DNA of 64,000 nucleotides, from NCBI GenBank assembly GCA_964016885.1, contig CAXHJY010001426.1:117001-181000 (forward strand). The letters run 5' to 3'. The number at the start of each line of letters is the position of its first letter. Position 1 is the first letter of the stretch. Shown one piece after another: positions 11,201 through 25,040 of the stretch. Both the position numbers and the translations under genes were made by a program. The stretch comes from Eledone cirrhosa. Lineage: Eukaryota. The notes beneath the pieces were generated by a model, which was not told the DNA's origin, searched no databases, and saw nothing but the letters and a program-made list of their open reading frames with translations.

Positions 11201-14200
11201 GAGATAATTTTCAGCTGTCCAAGGAGAGGTAATTTCTAGTCGTCCGAGGAGAGATAATTTCCAGCCGTCCAAGGGGAGATAATTTCCAGCCGTCCCAGGG
11301 GAGATAATTTCCAGCCGTCCAAGGAGACATATTTTCCAGCAGTCCAAGGAGAGGTAATTTCTAACCGTCCAAGGGGAGATAAATTCCAGCCTCCAAGGGG
11401 AGATAATTTCCAGCCAGCCATGGGGAGATAATTTGTAAAAAAAATCAGAGGGAGATAATTTGTAAAAAAAAATCAGGGGGAGATAATTTGTAAAAAATAA
11501 TCAGGGGGAGATAATTTGTAAAAAAATCAAGGGGAAATAATTTCCAGCCGTCCAAGGGGAGATAATTTTCAGCCGTCCAAGGGGAGATAATTTCCCGCCA
11601 GCCAAGGGAAGATAATATTTAAAAAAATTAGGCGGAGATAATTTGTAAAAAAAATCGGGGGGAGATAATTTGTAAAAAAATCAGGGGGAGATAATTTGTA
11701 AAAAAAATCAGGGGGAGATAATTTGTAAAAAAAATCAGGGGGAGATAATTTGTAAAAAAAAATCAGGGGTAGATAATTTGTAAAAAAAAATCAGGGGGAG
11801 ATAATTTGTAAAAAAAAATCAGGGAGAGATAATTTGTAAAAAAAATCAGGGGGAGATAATTTGTAAAAAAAAATCAGGGGTAGATAATTTCCAGCCGTCC
11901 AAGGGGAGCTAATATCTAGCCGTCCAAGGGGAGATAATTTCCAGCCGTCCAAGGGGAGATAATTTCCAGCCGTCCAAGGGTAGATAATATCCAGCCGTCC
12001 AAGGACATATTTTCCAGCCGTCCAAGGAGAGGTAATTTCTAGCCGTCCAAGGGGAGATAAATTCCAGCCTCCAAGGGGAGATAATTTCCAGCCAGCTAAG
12101 GGGAGATAATTTGTAAAAAAATCAGGGGGAGATAATTTGTAAAAAAAATCAGGGGGAGATAATTTGTAAAAAAAAATCAGGGGGAGATAATTTGTAAAAA
12201 AAAATCAGGGGGAGATAATTTGTAAAAAAAAATCAGGGGGAGATAATTTGTAAAAAAAATCAAGGGGAGATAATTTCCAGCCGTCCAAGGGGAGATAATT
12301 TTCAGCCGTCCAAGGGGAGATAATTTCCCGCCAGCCAAGAGAAGATAATATTTAAAAAAATCAGGTGGAGATAATTTGTAAAAAAAATCAGGGGGAGATA
12401 ATTTGTAAAAAAATCAGGGGGAGATAATTTGTAAAAAAAAATCAGGGGGAGATAATTTGTAAAAAAAATCAAGGGGAGATAATTTCCAGCCGTCCAAGGG
12501 GAGGTAATATCTAGCCGTCCAAGGGGAGATAATTTCCAGCCGTCCAAGGGGAGATAATTTCCACCCGTCCAAGGGTAGATAATATCCAGCCGTCCAAGGA
12601 GAAATATTTTCCAGCCGTCCAAGGAGAGGTAATTTCTAGCCGTCCAAAGGGAGATAAATTCCAGCCTCCAAGGGGAGATAATTTCCAGCCAGCCAAGGGG
12701 AGATAATTTGTAAAAAAATCAGGGGGAGATAATTTGTTAAAAAAATCAGGGGCAGATAATTTGTAAAAAAAAATCAGGTGGAGATAATTTGTAAAAAAAA
12801 ATCAGGGGGAGATAATTTGTAAAAAAAATCAGGGGGAGATAATTTGTAAAAAAAATCAAGGGGAGATAATTTCCAGCCGTCCAAGGGGAGATAATTTTCA
12901 GCTGTCCAAGGAGAGGTAATTTCTAGTCGTCCGAAGAGAGATAATTTCCAGCCGTCCAAGGGGAGATAATTTCCAGCCGTCCAAGGGGAGATAATTTCCA
13001 GCCGTCCAAGGAGACATATTTTCCAGCAGTCCAAGGAGAGGTAATTTCTAACCGTCCAAGGGGAGATAAATTCCAGCCTCCAAGGGGAGATAATTTCCAG
13101 CCAGCCAAGGGGAGATAATTTGTAAAAAAAATCAGAGGGAGATAATTTGTAAAAAAAAATCAGGGGGAGATAATTTGTAAAAAATAATCAGGGGGAGATA
13201 ATTTGTAAAAAAATCAAGGGGAGATAATTTCCAGCCGTCCAAGGGGAGGTAATATCTAGCCGTCCAAGGGGAGATAATTTCCAGCCGTCCAAGGGGAGAT
13301 AATTTCCAGCCGTCCAAGGGTAGATAATATCCAGCCGTCCAAGGAGACATATTTTCCAGCCGTCCAAGGAGAGGTAATTTCTAGCCGTCCAAGGGGAGAT
13401 AAATTCCAGCCTCCAAGGGGAGATAATTTCCAGCTAGCCAAGGGGAGATAATTTGTAAAAAAATCAGGGGGAGATAATTTGTAAAAAAAATCAGGGTGAG
13501 ATAATTTGTAAAAAAAAATCAGGGGGAGATAATTTGTAAAAAAAAATCAGGGGGAGATAATTTGTAAAAAAAAATCAGGGGGAGATAATTTGTAAAAAAA
13601 ATCAAGGGGTGATAATTTCCAGCCGTCCAAGGGGAGATAATTTTCAGCCGTCCAAGGGGAGATAATTTCCCGCCAGCCAAGGGAAGATAATATTTAAAAA
13701 AATCAGGCGGAGATAATTTGTAAAAAAAATCAGGGGGAGATAATTTGTAAAAAAATCAGGGGGAGATAATTTGTAAAAAAAAATTAGGGGGAGATAATTT
13801 GTAAAAAAAATCAGGGGGAGATAATTTGTAAAAAAAATCAAGGGGAGATAATTTCCAGCCGTCCAAGGGGAGATAATTTTCAGCTGTCCAAGGAGAGGTA
13901 ATTTCTAGTCGTCCGAGGAGAGATAATTTCCAGCTGTCCAAGGGGAGATAATTTCCAGCCGTCCAAGGGGAGATAATTTCCAGCCGTCCAAGGAGACATA
14001 TTTTCCAGCAGTCCAAGGAGAGGTAATTTCTAACCGTCCAAGGGGAGATAAATTCCAGCCTCCAAGGGGAGATAATTTCCAGCCAGCCAAGGGGAGATAA
14101 TTTGTAAAAAAAATCAGAGGGAGATAATTTGTAAAAAAAAATCAGGGGGAGATAATTTGTAAAAAATAATCAGGGGGAGATAATTTGTAAAAAAATCAAG

Positions 14201-17200
14201 GGGAGATAATTTCCAGCCGTCCAAGGGGAGATAATTTTCAGCCGTCCAAGGGGAGATAATTTCCCGCCAGCCAAGGGAAGATAATATTTAAAAAAATTAG
14301 GCGGAGATAATTTGTAAAAAAAATCGGGGGGAGATAATTTGTAAAAAAATCAGGGGGAGATAATTTGTAAAAAAAATCAGGGGGAGATAATTTGTAAAAA
14401 AAATCAGGGGGAGATAATTTGTAAAAAAAAATCAGGGGTAGATAATTTGTAAAAAAAAATCAGGGGGAGATAATTTGTAAAAAAAAATCAGGGAGAGATA
14501 ATTTGTAAAAAAAATCAGGGGGAGATAATTTGTAAAAAAAAATCAGGGGTAGATAATTTGTAAAAAAAAATCAGGGGGTGATAATTTGTAAAAAAAAATC
14601 AGGGGGAGATAATTTGTAAAAAAAATCAAGGGGAGATAATTTCCAGCCGTCCTAGGGGAGCTAATATCTAGCCGTCCAAGGGGAGATAATTTCCAGCCGT
14701 CCAAGGGGAGATAATTTCCAGCCGTCCAAGGGTAGATAATATCCAGCCGTCCAAGGAGAGGTAATTTCTAGCCGTCCAAGGGGAGATAAATTCCAGCCTC
14801 CAAGGGGAGATAATTTCCAGCCAGCTAAGGGGAGATAATTTGTAAAAAAATCAGGGGGAGATAATTTGTAAAAAAATCAGGGGGAGATAATTTGTAAAAA
14901 AAAATCAGGGGGAGATAATTTGTAAAAAAAAATCAGGGGGAGATAATTTGTAAAAAAAAATCAGGGGGAGATAATTTGTAAAAAAAATCAAGGGGAGATA
15001 ATTTCCAGCCGTCCAAGGGGAGATAATTTTCAGCCGTCCAAGGGGAGATAATTTCCCGCCAGCCAAGAGAAGATAATATTTAAAAAAATCAGGCGGAGAT
15101 AATTTGTAAAAAAAATCAGGGGGAGATAATTTGTAAAAAAATCAGGGGGAGATAATTTGTAAAAAAAATCAGGGGGAGATAATTTGTAAAAAAATCAAGG
15201 GGAGATAATTTCCAGCCGTCCAAAGGGAGATAATTTTTTAAAAAATCAGGTGGAGATAATTTGTAAAAAAAATCAGGGGGAGATAATTTGTAAAAACAAA
15301 ATCAAGGGCAGATAATTTCCAGCTGTCCAAGGGGAGGTAATTTCCAGCCGTCCAAGGGGATATAATTTCCAGCCGTCCAAGGGGAGATAATTTCCCGCCA
15401 GCCAAGGGAAGATAATTTTTTAAAAAATCAGGCGGAGATTGTAAAAAAAATCAGAGGGGAGATAATTTGTAAAAAAATCAGGGGGATAATTTGTAAAAAA
15501 AAATCAGGGGGAGATAATTTGTAAAAAAAATCAGGGGGAGATAATTTGTAAAAAAAAATCAGGGGGAGATAATTTGTAAAAAAAATTAGGCGTAGATAAT
15601 TTGTAAAAAAAAATCAGGGGGAGATAATTTGTAAAAAAAAATCAGGGGGAGATAATTTGTTAAAAAATCAAGGGGAGATAATTTGCAGCCGTCCAAGGGG
15701 AGATAATTTTCAGCCGTCCAAGGAGAGGTAATTTCTAGCCGTCCAAGGGGAGATAATTTTAAAAAAAAAATCAGGCGGAGATAATTTCTAAAAAAAAATC
15801 AGGGGGAGATGATTCGTAAAAAAAAATCAGGGGGAGATAATTTGTAAAAAAAAATCAGGGGGAGATAATTTGTAAAAAAAATCAAGGGGAGATAATTTCC
15901 AGCCGTCCAAGGGGAGGTAATATCTAGCCGTCCAAGGGGAGATAATTTCCAGCCGTCCAAGGGGAGATAATTTCCAGCCGTCCAAGGGGAGATAATTTCC
16001 AGCCGTCCAAGGGGATATAATTTCCAGCCGTCCAAGGGTAGATAATATCCAGCCGTCCAAGGAGACATATTTTCCAGCCGTCCAAGGAGAGGTAATTTCT
16101 AGCCGTCCAAGGGGAGATAAATTCCAGCCTCCAAGGGGAGATAATTTCCAGCCAGCCAAGGGGAGATAATTTGTAAAAAAATCAGGGGGAGATAATTTGT
16201 AAAAAAAATCAGGGTGAGATAATTTGTAAAAAAAAATCAGGGGGAGATAATTTGTAAAAAAAAATCAGGGGGAGATAATTTGTAAAAAAAAATCAGGGGG
16301 AGATAATTTGTAAAAAAACCAAGGGGAGATAATTTCCAGCCGTCCAAGGGGAGGTAATATCTAGCCGTCCAAGGGGAGATAATTTCCAGCCGTCCAAGGG
16401 GAGATAATTTCCAGCCGTCCAAGGGGAGATAATTTCCAGCCGTCCAAGGAGACATATTTTCCAGCCGTCCAAGGCGAGGTAATTTCTAGCCGTCCAAGGG
16501 GAGATAAATTCCAGCCTCCAAGGGGAGATAATTTCCAGCCAGCCAAGGGGAGATAATTTGTAAAAAAATCAGGGGGAGATAATTTGTAAAAAATATCAGG
16601 GGGAGATAATTTGTAAAAAAAATCAGGGGGAGATAATTTGTAAAATAAAATCAGGGGGAGATAATTTGTAAAAAAAAATCAGGGGGAGATAATTTGTAAA
16701 AAAAATCAAGGGGAGATAATTTCCAGCCGTCCAAGGGGAGATAATTTTCAGCTGTCCAAGGAGAGGTAATTTCTAGTCGTCCGAGGAGAGATAATTTCCA
16801 GCCGTCCAAGGGGAGATAATTTCCAGCCGTCCCAGGGGAGATAATTTCCAGCCGTCCAAGGAGACATATTTTCCAGCAGTCCAAGGAGAGGTAATTTCTA
16901 ACCGTCCAAGGGGAGATAAATTCCAGCCTCCAAGGGGAGATAATTTCCAGCCAGCCATGGGGAGATAATTTGTAAAAAAAATCAGAGGGAGATAATTTGT
17001 AAAAAAAAATCAGGGGGAGATAATTTGTAAAAAATAATCAGGGGGAGATAATTTGTAAAAAAATCAAGGGGAGATAATTTCCAGCCGTCCAAGGGGAGAT
17101 AATTTTCAGCCGTCAAAGGGGAGATAATTTCCCGCCAGCCAAGGGAAGATAATATTTAAAAAAATTAGGCGGAGATAATTTGTAAAAAAAATCGGGGGGA

Positions 17201-18785
17201 GATAATTTGTAAAAAAATCAGGGGGAGATAATTTGTAAAAAAAATCAGGGGGAGATAATTTGTAAAAAAAATCAGGGGGAGATAATTTGTAAAAAAAAAT
17301 CAGGGGTAGATAATTTGTAAAAAAAAATCAGGGGGAGATAATTTGTAAAAAAAAATCAGGGAGAGATAATTTGTAAAAAAAATCAGGGGGAGATAATTTG
17401 TAAAAAAAAATCAGGGGTAGATAATTTCCAGCCGTCCAAGGGGAGCTAATATCTAGCCGTCCAAGGGGAGATAATTTCCAGCCGTCCAAGGGGAGATAAT
17501 TTCCAGCCGTCCAAGGGTAGATAATATCCAGCCGTCCAAGGACATATTTTCCAGCCGTCCAAGGAGAGGTAATTTCTAGCCGTCCAAGGGGAGATAAATT
17601 CCAGCCTCCAAGGGGAGATAATTTCCAGCCAGCTAAGGGGAGATAATTTGTAAAAAAATCAGGGGGAGATAATTTGTAAAAAAAATCAGGGGGAGATAAT
17701 TTGTAAAAAAAAATCAGGGGGAGATAATTTGTAAAAAAAAATCAGGGGGAGATAATTTGTAAAAAAAAATCAGGGGGAGATAATTTGTAAAAAAAATCAA
17801 GGGGAGATAATTTCCAGCCGTCCAAGGGGAGATAATTTTCAGCCGTCCAAGGGGAGATAATTTCCCGCCAGCCAAGAGAAGATAATATTTAAAAAAATCA
17901 GGTGGAGATAATTTGTAAAAAAAATCAGGGGGAGATAATTTGTAAAAAAATCAGGGGGAGATAATTTGTAAAAAAAAATCAGGGGGAGATAATTTGTAAA
18001 AAAAATCAAGGGGAGATAATTTCCAGCCGTCCAAGGGGAGGTAATATCTAGCCGTCCAAGGGGAGATAATTTCCAGCCGTCCAAGGGGAGATAATTTCCA
18101 CCCGTCCAAGGGTAGATAATATCCAGCCGTCCAAGGAGAAATATTTTCCAGCCGTCCAAGGAGAGGTAATTTCTAGCCGTCCAAAGGGAGATAAATTCCA
18201 GCCTCCAAGGGGAGATAATTTCCAGCCAGCCAAGGGGAGATAATTTGTAAAAAAATCAGGGGGAGATAATTTGTTAAAAAAATCAGGGGCAGATAATTTG
18301 TAAAAAAAAATCAGGTGGAGATAATTTGTAAAAAAAAATCAGGGGGAGATAATTTGTAAAAAAAATCAGGGGGAGATAATTTGTAAAAAAAATCAAGGGG
18401 AGATAATTTCCAGCCGTCCAAGGGGAGATAATTTTCAGCTGTCCAAGGAGAGGTAATTTCTAGTCGTCCGAGGAGAGATAATTTCCAGCCGTCCAAGGGG
18501 AGATAATTTCCAGCCGTCCAAGGGGAGATAATTTCCAGCCGTCCAAGGAGACATATTTTCCAGCAGTCCAAGGAGAGGTAATTTCTAACCGTCCAAGGGG
18601 AGATAAATTCCAGCCTCCAAGGGGAGATAATTTCCAGCCAGCCAAGGGGAGATAATTTGTAAAAAAAATCAGAGGGAGATAATTTGTAAAAAAAAATCAG
18701 GGGGAGATAATTTGTAAAAAATAATCAGGGGGAGATAATTTGTAAAAAAATCAAGGGGAGATAATTTCCAGCCGTCCAAGGGGAG
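8221..18785 (+). repeat. Near-tandem ~5-kb duplication with period ~5,537 bp (8221-13248 vs 13756-18785)
   Basis: Offset 5,537 for ORFs 10262/15799, 11114/16651, 12302/17839 and 12923/18460. Private variants CCTAGGGGAGCT (9091/14651) and GCCATGGGG (~11417/~16954). Confidence 0.92.
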
Positions 18786-19944
18786 ATAATTTTCAGCCGT
18801 CCAAGGGGAGATAATTTCCCGCCAGCCAAGGGAAGATAATATTTAAAAAAATTAGGCGGATATAATTTGTAAAAAAAATCGGGGGGAGATAATTTGTAAA
18901 AAAATCAGGGGGAGATAATTTGTAAAAAAAATCAGGGGGAGATAATTTGTAAAAAAAATCAAGGGGAGATAATTTCCAGCCGTCCAAGGGGAGGTAATAT
19001 CTAGCCGTCCAAGGGGAGATAATTTCCAGCCGTCCAAGGGGAGATAATTTCCAGCCGTCCAAGGGGAGATAATTTCCAGCCGTCCAAGGAGACATATTTT
19101 CCAGCCGTCCAAGGCGAGGTAATTTCTAGCCGTCCAAGGGGAGATAAATTCCAGCCTCCAAGGGGAGATAATTTCCAGCCAGCCAAGGGGAGATAATTTG
19201 TAAAAAAATCAGGGGGAGATAATTTGTAAAAAATATCAGGGGGAGATAATTTGTAAAAAAAATCAGGGGGAGATAATTTGTAAAATAAAATCAGGGGGAG
19301 ATAATTTGTAAAAAAAAATCAGGGGTAGATAATTTGTAAAAAAAATCAAGGGGAGATAATTTCCAGCCGTCCAAGGGGAGATAATTTTCAGCCGTCCAAG
19401 GGGAGATAATTTCCCGCCAGCCAAGGGAAGATAATATTTAAAAAAATTAGGCGGAGATAATTTGTAAAAAAAATCGGGGGGAGATAATTTGTAAAAAAAT
19501 CAGGGGGAGATAATTTGTAAAAAAAATCAGGGGGAGATAATTTGTAAAAAAAATCAGGGGGAGATAATTTGTAAAAAAAAATCAGGGGTAGATAATTTGT
19601 AAAAAAAAATCAGGGGGAGATAATTTGTAAAAAAAAATCAGGGAGAGATAATTTGTAAAAAAAATCAGGGGGAGATAATTTGTAAAAAAAAATCAGGGGT
19701 AGATAATTTCCAGCCGTCCAAGGGGAGCTAATATCTAGCCGTCCAAGGGGAGATAATTTCCAGCCGTCCAAGGGGAGATAATTTCCAGCCGTCCAAGGGT
19801 AGATAATATCCAGCCGTCCAAGGACATATTTTCCAGCCGTCCAAGGAGAGGTAATTTCTAGCCGTCCAAGGGGAGATAAATTCCAGCCTCCAAGGGGAGA
19901 TAATTTCCAGCCAGCTAAGGGGAGATAATTTGTAAAAAAATCAG

Positions 19945-22900
19945 GGGGAGATAATTTGTAAAAAAAATCAGGGGGAGATAATTTGTAAAAAAAAATCAGG
20001 GAGATAATTTGTAAAAAAAAATCAGGGGGAGATAATTTGTAAAAAAAAATCAGGGGGAGATAATTTGTAAAAAAAATCAAGGGGAGATAATTTCCAGCCG
20101 TCCAAGGGGAGATAATTTTCAGCCGTCCAAGGGGAGATAATTTCCCGCCAGCCAAGAGAAGATAATATTTTAAAAAATCAGGCGGAGATAATTTGTAAAA
20201 AAAATCAGGGGGAGATAATTTGTAAAAAAATCAGGGGGAGATAATTTGTAAAAAAAAATCAGGGGGAGATAATTTGTAAAAAAAATCAAGGGGAGATAAT
20301 TTCCAGCCGTCCAAGGGGAGGTAATATCTAGCCGTCCAAGGGGAGATAATTTCCAGCCGTCCAAGGGGAGATAATTTCCACCCGTCCAAGGGTAGATAAT
20401 ATCCAGCCGTCCAAGGAGAAATATTTTCCAGCCGTCCAAGGAGAGGTAATTTCTAGCCGTCCAAAGGGAGATAAATTCCAGCCTCCAAGGGGAGATAATT
20501 TCCAGCCAGCCAAGGGGAGATAATTTGTAAAAAAATCAGGGGGAGATAATTTGTTAAAAAAATCAGGGGCAGATAATTTGTAAAAAAAAATCAGGTGGAG
20601 ATAATTTGTAAAAAAAAATCAGGGGGAGATAATTTGTAAAAAAAATCAGGGGGAGATAATTTGTAAAAAAAATCAAGGGGAGATAATTTCCAGCCGTCCA
20701 AGGGGAGATAATTTTCAGCTGTCCAAGGAGAGGTAATTTCTAGTCGTCCGAGGAGAGATAATTTCCAGCCGTCCAAGGGGAGATAATTTCCAGCCGTCCA
20801 AGGGGAGATAATTTCCAGCCGTCCAAGGAGACATATTTTCCAGCAGTCCAAGGAGAGGTAATTTCTAACCGTCCAAGGGGAGATAAATTCCAGCCTCCAA
20901 GGGGAGATAATTTCCAGCCAGCCAAGGGGAGATAATTTGTAAAAAAAATCAGAGGGAGATAATTTGTAAAAAAAAATCAGGGGGAGATAATTTGTAAAAA
21001 ATAATCAGGGGGAGATAATTTGTAAAAAAATCAAGGGGAGATAATTTCCAGCCGTCCAAGGGGAGATAATTTTCAGCCGTCCAAGGGGAGATAATTTCCC
21101 GCCAGCCAAGGGAAGATAATATTTAAAAAAATTAGGCGGATATAATTTGTAAAAAAAATCGGGGGGAGATAATTTGTAAAAAAATCAGGGGGAGATAATT
21201 TGTAAAAAAAATCAGGGGGAGATAATTTGTAAAAAAAAATCAGGGGGAGATAATTTGTAAAAAAAATCAAGGGGAGATAATTTCCAGCCGTCCAAGGGGA
21301 GGTAATATCTAGCCGTCCAAGGGGAGATAATTTCCAGCCGTCTAAGGGGAGATAATTTCCACCCGTCCAAGGGTAGATAATATCCAGCCGTCCAAGGAGA
21401 AATATTTTCCAGCCGTCCAAGGAGAGGTAATTTCTAGCCGTCCAAGGGGAGATAAATTCCAGCCTCCAAGGGGAGATAATTTCCAGCCAGCCAAGGGGAG
21501 ATAATTTGTAAAAAAATCAGGGGGAGATAATTTGTAAAAAAAATCAGGGGCAGATAATTTGTAAAAAAAAATCAGGGGGAGATAATTTGTAAAAAAAAAT
21601 CAGGGGGAGATAATTTGTAAAAAAAATCAGGGGGAGATAATTTCCAGCCGTCCAAGGGGAGATAATTTTCAGCCGTCCAAGGGGAGATAATTTCCCGCCA
21701 GCCAAGGGAAGATAATATTTAAAAAAATCAGGCGGAGATAATTTGTAAAAAAAATCAGGGGGAGATAATTTGTAAAAAAATCAGGGGGAGATAATTTGTA
21801 ACAAAAAATCAGGGGGAGATAATTTGTAAAAAAAATCAGGGGGAGATAATTTGTAAAAAAATCAAGGGGAGATAATTTTCAGCCGTCCAAGGGGAGATAA
21901 TTTTTGAAAAAATCAGGTGGAGATAATTTGTAAAAAAAATCAGGGGGAGATAATTTGTAAAAACAAAATCAAGGGCAGATAATTTCCAGCTGTCCAAGGG
22001 GAGATAATTTCCAGCCGTCCAAGGGGAGATAATTTCCAGCCGTCCAAGGGGAGATAATTTCCATCCTTCCAAGGGGATATAATTTCCAGCCGTCCAAGGG
22101 GAGATAATTTCCCGCCAGCCAAGGGAAGATAATTTTTAAAAAAATCAGGCGGAGATTGTAAAAAAAATCAGGGGGAGATAATTTGTAAAAAAATCAGGGG
22201 GAGATAATTTTAAAAAAAAAATCAGGGGGAGATAATTTGTAAAAAAAAATCAGGGGGAGATAATTTGTTAAAAAATCAAGGGGAGATAATTTGCAGCCGT
22301 CCAAGGGGAGATAATTTTCAGCCGTCCAAGGAGAGGTAATTTCTAGCCGTCCAAGGGGAGATAATTTCCAGCCGTCCAAGGGGAGATAATTTCCAGCCGT
22401 TCAAGGGGAGATAATTTTTTTAAAAAAATCAGGCAGAGATAATTTGTAAAAAAAAATCGGGGGGAGATAATTCGTAAAAAAAAATCAGGGGGAGATAATT
22501 TGTAAAAAAAATCAGGGGGAGATAATTTGTAAAAAAAAATCAGGGAGATAATTTGTAAAAAAAAATCAGGGGGAGATAATTTGTAAAAAAAAATCAGGGG
22601 GAGATAATTTGTAAAAAAAATCAAGGGGAGATAATTTCCAGCCGTCCAAGGGGAGATAATTTTCAGCCGTCCAAGGGGAGATAATTTCCCGCCAGCCAAG
22701 AGAAGATAATATTTTAAAAAATCAGGCGGAGATAATTTGTAAAAAAAATCAGGGGGAGATAATTTGTAAAAAAATCAGGGGGAGATAATTTGTAAAAAAA
22801 AATCAGGGGGAGATAATTTGTAAAAAAAATCAAGGGGAGATAATTTCCAGCCGTCCAAGGGGAGGTAATATCTAGCCGTCCAAGGGGAGATAATTTCCAG

Positions 22901-25040
22901 CCGTCCAAGGGGAGATAATTTCCACCCGTCCAAGGGTAGATAATATCCAGCCGTCCAAGGAGAAATATTTTCCAGCCGTCCAAGGAGAGGTAATTTCTAG
23001 CCGTCCAAAGGGAGATAAATTCCAGCCTCCAAGGGGAGATAATTTCCAGCCAGCCAAGGGGAGATAATTTGTAAAAAAATCAGGGGGAGATAATTTGTTA
23101 AAAAAATCAGGGGCAGATAATTTGTAAAAAAAAATCAGGTGGAGATAATTTGTAAAAAAAAATCAGGGGGAGATAATTTGTAAAAAAAATCAGGGGGAGA
23201 TAATTTGTAAAAAAAATCAAGGGGAGATAATTTCCAGCCGTCCAAGGGGAGATAATTTTCAGCTGTCCAAGGAGAGGTAATTTCTAGTCGTCCGAGGAGA
23301 GATAATTTCCAGCCGTCCAAGGGGAGATAATTTCCAGCCGTCCAAGGGGAGATAATTTCCAGCCGTCCAAGGAGACATATTTTCCAGCAGTCCAAGGAGA
23401 GGTAATTTCTAACCGTCCAAGGGGAGATAAATTCCAGCCTCCAAGGGGAGATAATTTCCAGCCAGCCAAGGGGAGATAATTTGTAAAAAAAATCAGAGGG
23501 AGATAATTTGTAAAAAAAAATCAGGGGGAGATAATTTGTAAAAAATAATCAGGGGGAGATAATTTGTAAAAAAATCAAGGGGAGATAATTTCCAGCCGTC
23601 CAAGGGGAGATAATTTTCAGCCGTCCAAGGGGAGATAATTTCCCGCCAGCCAAGGGAAGATAATATTTAAAAAAATTAGGCGGATATAATTTGTAAAAAA
23701 AATCGGGGGGAGATAATTTGTAAAAAAATCAGGGGGAGATAATTTGTAAAAAAAATCAGGGGGAGATAATTTGTAAAAAAAAATCAGGGGGAGATAATTT
23801 GTAAAAAAAATCAAGGGGAGATAATTTCCAGCCGTCCAAGGGGAGGTAATATCTAGCCGTCCAAGGGGAGATAATTTCCAGCCGTCTAAGGGGAGATAAT
23901 TTCCACCCGTCCAAGGGTAGATAATATCCAGCCGTCCAAGGAGAAATATTTTCCAGCCGTCCAAGGAGAGGTAATTTCTAGCCGTCCAAGGGGAGATAAA
24001 TTCCAGCCTCCAAGGGGAGATAATTTCCAGCCAGCCAAGGGGAGATAATTTGTAAAAAAATCAGGGGGAGATAATTTGTAAAAAAAATCAGGGGCAGATA
24101 ATTTGTAAAAAAAAATCAGGGGGAGATAATTTGTAAAAAAAAATCAGGGGGAGATAATTTGTAAAAAAAATCAGGGGGAGATAATTTCCAGCCGTCCAAG
24201 GGGAGATAATTTTCAGCCGTCCAAGGGGAGATAATTTCCCGCCAGCCAAGGGAAGATAATATTTAAAAAAATCAGGCGGAGATAATTTGTAAAAAAAATC
24301 AGGGGGAGATAATTTGTAAAAAAATCAGGGGGAGATAATTTGTAACAAAAAATCAGGGGGAGATAATTTGTAAAAAAAATCAGGGGGAGATAATTTGTAA
24401 AAAAATCAAGGGGAGATAATTTTCAGCCGTCCAAGGGGAGATAATTTTTGAAAAAATCAGGTGGAGATAATTTGTAAAAAAAATCAGGGGGAGATAATTT
24501 GTAAAAACAAAATCAAGGGCAGATAATTTCCAGCTGTCCAAGGGGAGATAATTTCCAGCCGTCCAAGGGGAGATAATTTCCAGCCGTCCAAGGGGAGATA
24601 ATTTCCATCCTTCCAAGGGGATATAATTTCCAGCCGTCCAAGGGGAGATAATTTCCCGCCAGCCAAGGGAAGATAATTTTTAAAAAAATCAGGCGGAGAT
24701 TGTAAAAAAAATCAGGGGGAGATAATTTGTAAAAAAATCAGGGGGAGATAATTTTAAAAAAAAAATCAGGGGGAGATAATTTGTAAAAAAAAATCAGGGG
24801 GAGATAATTTGTTAAAAAATCAAGGGGAGATAATTTGCAGCCGTCCAAGGGGAGATAATTTTCAGCCGTCCAAGGAGAGGTAATTTCTAGCCGTCCAAGG
24901 GGAGATAATTTCCAGCCGTCCAAGGGGAGATAATTTCCAGCCGTTCAAGGGGAGATAATTTTTTTTAAAAAATCAGGCAGAGATAATTTGTAAAAAAAAA
25001 TCGGGGGGAGATAATTCGTAAAAAAAAATCAGGGGGAGAT
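19945..25040 (+). repeat. Tandem duplication, period 2,544 bp
   Basis: Offset 2,544 for ORFs 20170/22714, 20591/23135, 21073/23617, 21836/24380 and 22194/24738. Private 3-G monomer TCAGGGAGATA at 19996 and 22540. Confidence 0.93.

Larger units (their letters stand above)
1..12230 (+). repeat. 12,230-bp higher-order unit; its first ~1.5 kb recurs at 12231-13755
   Basis: Matching ORF translations at constant offset 12,230 (72/12302, 544/12774, 1026/13256). Private variant ATCAAGGGGTGATAA at 1371 and 13601. Confidence 0.88.
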
